Shown here piece by piece: positions 54,640 to 64,000 of a stretch of DNA of 64,000 nucleotides (the stretch's first letter is position 1; each line of letters starts with the position of its first letter). Under the pieces are notes generated by a model, which did no database searches, was not told the origin of the DNA, and saw only the letters and a list, made by a program, of their open reading frames with translations. The position numbers were made by a program, and so were the translations under genes. The stretch covers positions 961,374-1,025,373 of the forward strand of contig NW_005434672.1 of the NCBI RefSeq assembly GCF_000315625.1, written 5' to 3'. The DNA is from Guillardia theta CCMP2712 (lineage: Eukaryota > Protista > Cryptophyta).

Positions 54640-55290
54640 GTTATCCCCTACCCCCTCTTTCGACCATCGGACCACCGGACACCCACACCCCCGATTTATT
54701 CATCCGATCACCCATTTGCTTATTCCTAGTTTCCGTTCCACCCTACCTCCCTGGAAGTGATATAATGAAACAGTACCCCTACTTGTATGAAAGATTACCC
54801 CACCATTTCAGCTTTGGTTACGCGGTTGAGAATTATCACCCCCCTTTATTCCTTGTGAAATGCGCAGATAAAGAAAAATTTGCCCTATTCACCCCTACAC
54901 ACCCAATGGGCCACCCTACCCCTACATCAAGAGTACTCCTTGTTTACATCGGAAAGAACATCCCACCCTACCCCAAGGGGCTTTTGTCCCTCTTAGTTCA
55001 CCCACCCACCCTTTCAACAACCGGATCGCACGGCCAACACAAGTCACACATCCTACCCCCACCCCCTATTTTACAGAAGTACCCACCCCTTCGTCATGTA
55101 CCCTATCCTCGACCTGCACGAGCACTACCTTGTCGCTTTTGAACTTCTTACAACCCCTCCACCCTCTGATTTCACACAGACTACCCCACCTATCTGGGTC
55201 TCTTCAGAAAACGCACCCCCACCTCTCCCTTTCCCATGCACCCCCATTTCATGCACCCCCGTTTCCTTACACCCCGTACCTTCGGGGGCC
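54640..55290 (-). promoter_or_regulatory. Long GGGGTA (TACCCC on +) motif cluster
   Basis: Highest density of TACCCC/CACCCC words in the window. Confidence 0.35.
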
Positions 55291-55589
55291 GCGGCTGATC
55301 GTGCGAACAGTTAACAATCTTCACTGAAGATCGCAGTGATTGAGATAAAACTAATTTAATAGGTACAGATTTTACAAGTGCTTGTATCTCAGTGTACCAG
55401 AGGGGACCCCAACAAGCACGTGCAATGGTTCCAAAAAAAACCACCGACGGTGTTCTCATAATCCTGAAACAAAACGTTTCGTTAAAACTCAAATCACCTA
55501 AATATCTCCCTCGAAAACATCTCTTTTGATACCGAATAACGTCTGTGGCCGAATAATGGATCTGAGCGGGGAGGAGGGTCTCTTTCTCA

Positions 55590-56040
55590 GTATGGAACCG
55601 GCCCGGGCCCGGGGCCCGGTTCCATTCAGTGTAGTCCGGCACTCTTTACTACTCAAAGTTGTTATTAGTCAAGTTTTTCTTGATTGACTGGCCCGCAACG
55701 GCGCGAGCTTGAGAGGCGAACATGGTGCCGCAGGGCCGTCAGTGTGAATGACCGTCAGCGTCCGACGGTGGCAGCGGTAGTAGGCACTGCAGTCAGACGC
55801 TGAGCCGAGTAGTCATGCGGCATCACATGGCATGACTGTGATGCACGGTGCCGGACACTGATCGTTGCCCGGCACCATGAAGAACTAGCAACGGCGAGTG
55901 GAAAGAAGATTCTGAATGATAGCCTCGGAGGGAATGAGGGGTGAGAGGGAGCGTCCAGCGCACTGAACGGCGCGGTTGCTCCGAAACAGGGGCACTGATA
56001 CGCACGACTGAGACCGTGCTCTCGGAAAGGGAGGGAGAAA
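55590..56040 (-). repeat. GC-rich dispersed repeat with a degenerate terminal motif and flanking hairpin
   Basis: 55641-55678 is a degenerate reverse copy (CTTTACTACTCAAAGTT). Inverted repeat at 55592-55625. Confidence 0.5.
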
Positions 56041-56449
56041 GTGTCAACACCGTTGTTGACTACGGTAGCTCCAAACTCGAGTAATACCTGACTGTCGATC
56101 TCGCAGATGAGCTCGTTGTCACCAGTCGACGACGTTGAGGATTATGAATTTCGAAGATCTGAAAGGTAAATCTCATCATGATACTTACAGTCACCGCTGA
56201 GTGATCGCCATGAAGGACTCCCAGTGACCTTGCCCGACATTCATGGGATCGATACCATGCTGACGATGAGAGGTGAAGTTCGATGAGAGGTGAAGGGTTG
56301 TAAATGCTCTCTGCAGTATGAGAAGGACCTTTACACCTCCGATGGCTCCTTATCATCGTGAGGAGTTTCATTCTGCATCCTGTCAGCCTTACACTTGAAG
56401 CGCTTGCAGCAGACCAAACTCTAGTGCCCGTTCACGATTTGCAGAACGA

Positions 56450-59424
56450 TTGGAGAGGAGATGATGTGAGGAAACGAGAGTGGCGCTACATGACATGACA
56501 AGTCGAGCTCAGGATTCTCTGGAGAAGCGAATCAACTCTGTGGACAACATGATAAAAGACATCAAGAAGATCTTGCCGCATGCGAGTTGGGACCAGGTTG
56601 TGATGGGGGTCTGAGAGAAAGATGCAAGGTTAACGTCATGCAGGAGATGAAACCTCAACAAGAAACAGCAGAAGAACAATCACAACGTAGTTTGAACCGC
56701 GTGAGCTTTGATGAGGACAGGTTCTCATCCCGCAAGGACAACCAAACATATCAAAGGTCGCCATCGCAATTCTTGGAGGAGGTGCTGCAACTGCAGAACA
56801 CAGAGATAACTTCATCTCCTCTTGATCATGATGAAAGGCAGCAGGCTGCAGCAAGGGACAGAAGTCAGTTTGTTCAGGCGGGAGTTCACGATTACAGTCT
56901 GCCTGTCGCAAGGGATCTCAGTTCTCGACGCGACTACCTTGATCTTGCTCATCAGACCTTCCTCGGAGCCCTGAACCCGGTGAAGTTTGTGCTGAATGAG
57001 TTTGCGCCGGAGGAGGACGAGAGGGCGTTGTTCGCAAGAGCAGGGGAGCTGTACCTGCAGGTAACGCGGCAGCTCTTCGAGAGCCAGGAGGCGAACGCGA
57101 AGCTGTCCAAGGCGATCTCAGTCATGACGGAGGAGAACAAGCGGAAGTTCGGGGAGATGGAGACGGAGGTGGTGAGCCTGAGAAACGAGTGCTTCGAACT
57201 CCAGAACAAGATGGATGAGGAGAGGGCTGATCATGCGAGTAAGGTCGAGAGAGTAGTGAGAGAGGGGGAGTCGTCCTTGTCAGCTGCAAGGGGGGAGATC
57301 GCAAAGTTGAGATCGCTGTCGGACAACCTGCAACAAGACAACCAGAGGATGAAAGAGACGCACGCGGCTGTCGAGGCCTCGCTGACGGAGGAGCTGGAGG
57401 CTGCAAGAGCGAGGATCTCAGCAGACAGCAGGACGATCGAGACTCTGCAGACGAAGATCAATGTGCTTGAAGAGGATCTCAACACGCTCTCGCAAGACTT
57501 CGAGGAGATCTCGAGGCAGAGGGCAGATTACAATGACATAGAAAGGGACTTGAATGTAGCACGGATGAACTACATCGAGAAGATGAGGGCCGAGACCTAT
57601 TTCTTGAACAACTACCGTGATGATGTTGTTGGGATGGACACCCAACTGCATGCCCTTCTACAAGACAACCTTGAGCTAGCGAAGAACTGCTCCTCGTTGC
57701 ATGCGGATCTCATGGTGGTGACGGAGGGCAGGGCGAGCCTGCAGAGGCAGCTTGCGTTCCATCTCGACGAGAGTGAGAAGCACGAGAGGAGACTCCAGTC
57801 AGAGCTCAAGAAGGTCAAGAGCTTGCTCTTGCTCTTCATCGGTATCAGCCGCAAGGTCCAGAAGATAGTGGCGTACGAGGGCTGGATCTCAGAGTGGCTC
57901 TACCGTAGGCACATCCGTCAACGTGCGAAGATCCTCCGCCTTGCGCACAAGAGAAGGTGGTGGAAGAAGTTGAGGAGCGCGATCCAATCGAAGCACAAGA
58001 GAGATCTTCGTAGCCTCAAAGCGCTCGACCTGTCGAAGATTTTCACCAGTCGCGGCCTCAAGTGCATCTTCACTGACTGGAGGGTTGTGCATCGGATCAG
58101 ACGGCTGAGCTTGAGATTTCACAACACGTTTCTCAACCCGACGGCCCTGCTTTTCAACATGGTTGTCAGGTTGACACATCACTGCTGGGAGAGGATAGCT
58201 CTGAGAGTTGGTTTGTCGGCAGTTGGAAGAGAATGACGATGATACGCAAACGACTGACAGTGATCATCCATCTGATGCACGAGAGGATCAGTGAGAGTTC
58301 TTGTTCTTGTTCTTCTTGTTCTCCTTGTTCTTCTTGTTCATCATCATCATCATCATCATCATAACCTTCTTCTTGTTATTCTTGTTCTTGTTCTTGTTCT
58401 TGTTCTTCTTCTTCATCATCATCATCATAATCATCTCAGGCTTGACCTTTGTTGATCGATATGAGCAGATCAAGATATGAAGCCAAGATTTTTCAAGTTG
58501 TGGATGCAAGGGACCAAGGTTAGCAAACGAAATAGCAGCAGTGAAATGACTGATGATGTCATTTGCAGGTCATGAAGGAACTGAAATTGAAAATTGCAAA
58601 AGTGTGCATGATTGATGATTGCAACTTGAACTTTGAATCTTGAACGGTTGATAGATGTGCAAACGTTGTATGATACTTCCACAACAAGAGATCTTTGAAT
58701 CATGGCGCAACTTCGCGATAGCAAAGACTCATGTGATCTTTTGTCGATGAATCTCTTTGATGAGCTCAGCTTTCAAACTTGCAGTGGTACAACACCATGG
58801 ACGCCAAGATCTCCGCAATGATTTTGGCTTGGAGAGAAGTAAGAAGCTTCCCCTCTCCTCCCCTCCTCTTCTCCTCTTTCTCTCCTCTCCTCTCCTCTTT
58901 CTATCCTCTCCTCTCCTCTCCTCTCCTCTCCTCTCCTCCCTTCCCCTCTCCCCCCTCCCTCGCTTCGCTCCTGCTCTCCTGTCGGGATTGACTCGCAACT
59001 CTGGGCAGACTGCTCATGTTATGCGCGGCCTACATACCCGGCATCAAGGTTTTGTCAAGTTGATGTGGAGAGTGAGAATTCCTTGAAGTTCCTTATCGTG
59101 CATCCGTCTCATTGTCTTCTCAGTACATGTTTGAAGCAATCTTCGGAGAATGGAAGAAAACATCTCATCATCTCAAGGTGAACGTTCTCCTCCTGCTCCT
59201 GTTTGGTCGTCGTGATAATCTTGTCTTTCAGGTCCTCCAGATGAAGGTGAATTCAGCAAGAGAACGGAAGAATCACAAAACCAAACATCTTTGCTTTCAG
59301 TGGTGAGGATGTCATAACGAACATGTCAATAGTGCATGGATGACAATGATGATGATGATAATGATGATGAAGATGATAATGATGATGAAGATTATGATGA
59401 TGATGATGATGATGATGATGAAGA

Positions 59425-59466
<42 letters not shown>

Positions 59467-60396
59467 AATGAGAAGGAGGAGGAGGAGGAGGAGGAGGAGG
59501 AGGAGGAGGAGGAGGAGGAGGAAAAGAAGGTTGGTGGTGCTGCCATTATTTTTGCTGTTGACGACAGCAGTGAGTTACACACGACACGTCTGATCTTCAG
59601 TCGCAGGCTTGTAGATTCAACTCTGTTCACTTTGGAATCTCCTGCCTCTGTTGTCCTCAGCAACATCTTTGAACGACAAGATAATCTCATTCTTGAGGTT
59701 TCTGATTTCTCAAAAACATCATTCCTATTGGTTCATATTCCCACCTGCTCCTCGCCTGCGATCTTCTTCATCTTTCTTTCCTGACATTTCTTCAGCTCAC
59801 GTTTATCATCTGGACCAAGACATGCTCTATCCTCTCACTCCAGCAGAAGGAGACTGAAGCTCAGGTATCTCCTCCTCTTCCTCCCTCCCTCCCTCCCTCC
59901 CTCCCTCCCTTCCCCTCCTCTCTTGGGCTTTTTCCTTCTTGCCCTGTCCTGGTGTCTATCTACCCCTCCCTTTCCTCTCCTGCACTGCTCCTCCTCCACC
60001 CCCCCCCTCCCTGTTTCTTTTCTCGGACCTGCTTCTCCAGCCTCTGCTCGTCTCAGCTTCTGTTTCCTGCTTCTTTCCTTCTCACATCTTTTCGGTCAGT
60101 TCTGGAAAGACTTCAAGAGCAAGCCGGACATGGTTGTCTCTTCACCTCCTCTCTCCCTTCCTTCTCATATTCTGACTTCTAGACACTTCCCCTTCTCTGC
60201 CCTGCTCCTCGTCCTCTTCTCTTCCCTCCTCTCTCCCCCTCTCCCTCTGCTCCCCTCCTCCCGCTCTCCTCTCCGTCTGATCCTCCTGCAGCGCAACAAG
60301 AGCGTCTCGTCGTCCTTCTCGCTTCATCGTCTGACCCGAGAAAATTCTTTTCCATCCAAGAGAAGGCCTGCAGGAAGTGACCTGGTTCTCATGTAA
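56450..60396 (+). CDS. Coiled-coil protein with C-terminal Sfi1-like Trp repeats; multi-exon, main exon about 56644-58207, ends approximate
   Basis: Long heptad region followed by LKCIFTDW, AKIFQVVD, SAMILAW, EAIFGEW and LCFQW-type repeats in small exons separated by microsatellite-filled introns. Confidence 0.55.
58296..58435. repeat. Compound (TTCTTG)n/(CAT)n microsatellite, intronic
   Basis: Seen directly. Confidence 0.85.
58855..58960. repeat. (CTCCT)n pyrimidine tract, intronic
   Basis: Seen directly. Confidence 0.8.
59340..59521. repeat. Compound (GAT)n/(GGA)n microsatellite, intronic
   Basis: Seen directly. Confidence 0.9.
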
Positions 60397-60499
60397 ATCA
60401 ACCGCCGACAGGCGACCAGCCAAACAGTCAGCAAGCCATTCAGAATGCGCGTATCTCATCTTTCATTGTCAACCTGTCTTGTTCTACCCTCATGTAAGT

Positions 60500-62213
60500 C
60501 CATGGCGGATGTAATCGTAGAGAAGAAGGTCTACAACTTGCTTCCCCTGTCGGCAGACGAGCTGACAACAAATTGATCAACACGACAAGCTACCCAACGA
60601 TCCTCACATAGACATTCCCGTAGATGTTGCAGCCAAAGACTCTTGTTGCTTCCTTGTTCAGCATCTCCTCATCCTCCTTGTGTGCAGACTGATGAAAAGG
60701 TCATCCAGTTACACACAAAAATGATTCGACAAGCGATCAAGAGCCACGGAGCCAAAGGCTACCCCAGCACAAGATTAGAGAGCAGGATTCCACTACACCA
60801 AGCATGCCCATGATGACTATTTCACTACTGACCTGTACGACTGCATAAACAGAGCTCACGACGCTCTCTTCTTCCAGATGGATTGGACTGTCAAAAAGAA
60901 ATGACATGAATAGCAGGGACGTTCTTGTTATCACCGTAATACTCTGGACCTGCTCCTTAGCTTTCGCTCCAAAATCTGTAGAGATGTTGTGAATATTGTT
61001 ATCAAAGATCTCCTCACGATAACTCACATTCTGCAGATCTTTCGAGCTCGATGCCCAGATGTTCGACTGGAAAATCTCTCCAGTCGTCTCCATATGCAAC
61101 CTGAACGATCAGCAAACAAGATCAAATCCAGAGTTCTTCTTCGTGATGCAACCCTCACATCTTTACAAAAGGTCCCACAACATGGCAGCAAGCAAAGAAA
61201 TGCTCGAGATTGATTGTCATCTTCTCAAGATCGCGATTCATTACGTGCGCCCATGAGTCTTCCCAGCTGTCAAAAGAAAGTTAGCCAGCCAGCCAGCCAG
61301 CCAGCCAGCCACTCAGTTGCCTTGCTTCATGTGAATCTTCATCTGTACGTAGTTTCCATTCCGATACAACCTTGTCATCCCAAGCGTCCTGCCAATCAGC
61401 GATCATATCAGCGATCATATCAGCGCAGGCTCGATCGCTCTCCAACAAACCTTGTAAGAGGTGATCGTTGGAGAACTGACATGATTGCTCTTCCCCTTCA
61501 CGTTCTTGTCCTGATCTTCCAGAAGACCTGCAGACACCCACATGGACGAGTCCGAACCCTTGAAGAAATCCCTCCTCTTCTCCTCTTTCAACCAGACACG
61601 GGCAAAGTCAACAACGGCCAACATCGCAGTCAACGTACCGATCTCCCATGATTCTAGCTCGTGGATCGCTTTCTTGTTGGAGTTCAACTTGCTGAATGGA
61701 TTGACCTCTGACGCATGCGCCAACCCCGCGTACGGCTCTCGCTCCTCTGCGTCCACAATGATAGGATCCCTCCGCCCTTGCTTGTGCAGGCCCAGTCCTT
61801 CCCCTTCCTTCCATCCCATCTTCAACAGGAGTGCGAACCCGACACTGTTCCTGACATCATCTGTCTCTTCCTCCTCCTTCTTGACTTCTTCCTCTTCCTT
61901 CTTTGTACCCTCTCTCTCCTTCTCCGTCGCCTCTACCTCCACCGTATCCTCTTTGTTTTCGCGCCCCTGGAGCCCCGTCTCATCGTCAGGTTGGCTTTTG
62001 CCGTTCATTTCGTCGTTCTACCATGAAGTCAGCTACATTCCAGTCGTGTCAAAAACATCATTGCTATCAACGAGTGTTCTCGAAGTACACATTGAATCTT
62101 CTGCTCTACGGCCAAGTACGAGGTAAATTCTATACTATTCAGTGCCTCGAAAGCTAATACAGCTGCTCACCCATCAAAGGCATTAGGACAGTTTCAACTT
62201 GTACTTGCTCGCA
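60500..62213 (-). CDS. G-patch domain protein; multi-exon, both ends approximate
   Basis: NSVGFALLLKMGWKEGEGLGLHKQGRRDPI...AGL is a canonical G-patch, preceded by an acidic stretch. Confidence 0.75.
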
Positions 62214-62329
62214 TGTCTATCTACTGCTCATCTCTCTTGCCCTCCTCCTCCTCCCCTTCCTCCTCCTCCTCCTGCATTGTTGTTTCGGAAAATTGATCCC
62301 AGAAGCGACCGCATTTCGTTCTCACACCA

Positions 62330-62440
62330 ACCCTACCCCATAGTGGAATTCATTACCCCCTACCCTCTGAAAACCAACAATCCTTCTAGAAAAGTACCCA
62401 ACTTTACTCATGACAAAGTACCCCCACCCCCATTAGCCGT
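62330..62440 (-). promoter_or_regulatory. GGGGTA (TACCCC on +) motif cluster upstream of the G-patch gene
   Basis: CCCTACCCC, TTACCCCC, GTACCCA and GTACCCCC. Confidence 0.3.
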
Positions 62441-62544
62441 CAAGGCGCAACAGGAGGATTTGGTTCAGGTAGGTTTAGTTTGATTATAGAAGTTAGGTTC
62501 AGGACCAGCAGAATGGTGTAGTTTGGTGGGAGGGGAGGTGGGAA

Positions 62545-62602
62545 GGAGGAGGAGGAGGAGGAGGAGGAGGAGGAGGAGGAGGAGAAGGAGGAGGAGGAGG
62601 AG
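62545..62602. repeat. (GGA)n microsatellite
   Basis: Seen directly. Confidence 0.85.
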
Positions 62603-62859
62603 GAAGACTGCTAAAGTTGTTTGTTGAGGGAGTGGGAGAGTGGAGTAGGTAGAAGGAGGAGGGAGTGAAAGGCATGTAGCATGCGAGAGGAGAGGTACAG
62701 AATACAGCGCGAGGAGGAAGGGAGGGTGGAATTTAGCATGAAACCAGCCATGATTGACGCTGGGAGTTAGAACGCCATCTGGTGGAGAACACACTTGAGA
62801 GTGAATGGACGTTGACGGGGAGGTGAAAGTGGTAGAGGTAACCTAAGAATTGACGAAGC

Positions 62860-62940
62860 GAAAGAAAAGAAGGAGGACTAGAAAGAAAAGAAGGAGGGCT
62901 AGAAAGAAAGAAAGGAGGAGGGCTAGAAAGATAAAAAGGA
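62860..62940. repeat. About 21-bp tandem repeat AGAAAGAAAAGAAGGAGGGCT, 3-4 copies
   Basis: Seen directly, just upstream of NCKAP1. Confidence 0.7.
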
Positions 62941-63017
62941 ATAACGGCCAAGGATAGAGAGCCAACTGTGAGTGTGTCTGATTGTCATCATCGCAGCACT
63001 TCATCGAATCCCCGACA

Positions 63018-64000
63018 ATGGAGGGAGGGGGGGATGGGTCAAGGAACCGCAGGCAGGCGGAGAGGCTTGAAATCCTGTTGGAGTCCTCGAGGACGCTGAT
63101 TGCGAGGCTGGCCAGCCTCAAGAACGAATTGAACCATCCTGACGTTCAGAGCCGCCTGCCATGGAACGAGAAGCAGATGAAGTCTGTGGCTCAGCACATG
63201 AAGAGCACGTTCCCTGCATATCCCAAGTGAGTTCTGGTCAAGCATGGAAGGGCTCTGACATTGTCCTCCCAGTCTACAGTCTCTTGATGACTCCAAGGGC
63301 CCTGAGGAGCTCAGGAAGCGCTCCAAGGCATCGATCGTCTGCCAGCTGCTCGAGAGGTACTTCCTCGCCTTCTACGACAGTGTTGATGTCCGAGAAGAGA
63401 CGCGGATGCTCCTGGCTGAGATCGCGTGTGAGGGTCAGGGCATGCTGCTGCAGGAGATGCCGACGCTGGTTGCTGCCTTCATGAACCTGCTGGTTGCGTA
63501 CATGGAGATGATCCTCCTCCTTTCTCTCATCGCAGACAAGGAGCTGATTGTCTGCTTCTACACCTACTGCTTTCAGTACGCCACTGATCTTCCTGTGACT
63601 AAGTACGAACCCGTCGCCAACTTGTTCCATCACGTCTGCCCGAGTTATGATGTCGCATGGCAATCTCTGAGGAGTGAGTTCGAAGAGGTGCCAACCTTCG
63701 CAAACTACGCGACATCGAAGAAGATGTCGGACTTCTTGCAAAGTTTGCTCTTTGAAGACAGGCGGTCAACGGCGTCGCAGTCTGTACTGTCTTACTACCA
63801 GTCGATGCGTGATTTGATCGATGGCGACTCATGCTTTGGAAATTCCTTAATTCATAGTGGGGAGAACCTGCAATATCCGTCAGGATTCAAGACAGTGGGA
63901 GAGCTGACTTACTGGATGGCACCGCAGATGGAAGACATGTTAACTTGGATGACGATGGGGCTGCTGGCATGCCCAACTTTGATCATACTGAATCACACCA
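63018..64000 (+). CDS. NCKAP1: Nck-associated protein 1 (NAP1/Hem family, SCAR/WAVE complex), 5' partial
   Basis: QAERLEILLESSRTLIARLASLK, KSTFP, LLERYFLAFYDSVDVRE and FMNLLVAYMEMILLLSLIADKELIVCFYTY follow the remembered NCKAP1 N-terminus. 46-nt intron at 63227-63272. Confidence 0.82.

Overview
Gene-dense eukaryotic nuclear DNA with many short (about 45-55 nt) spliceosomal introns, at least one GC-AG intron, and signal-plus-transit-peptide leaders. This is most consistent with an alga carrying a secondary plastid, probably a cryptophyte such as Guillardia theta (inference). Recognisable genes: a type-I membrane protein with two NHL propellers, CEP131/AZI1, a giant (about 2906 aa) modular LRR protein, an endonuclease III (NTH1) with ankyrin repeats in place of its Fe-S loop, a GH13 alpha-amylase, COX6B, a CHAT-like/STAND-NTPase pseudoenzyme, two Sfi1-like repeat proteins, a PLU-1/CW/PWWP/TFIIS-M/SPOC chromatin reader with an apparent 1-nt frameshift, VTA1, a G-patch protein, and the 5' part of NCKAP1/NAP1. 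Intergenic DNA carries two recurring elements: GC-rich degenerate islands, some bounded by a conserved AT-rich motif of about 45 bp, and GGGGTA/TACCCC clusters that mostly lie in sense orientation upstream of genes. I recognised no rRNA, tRNA, CRISPR array or transposase. Exon boundaries were called by eye, and multi-exon CDS coordinates give the overall span.
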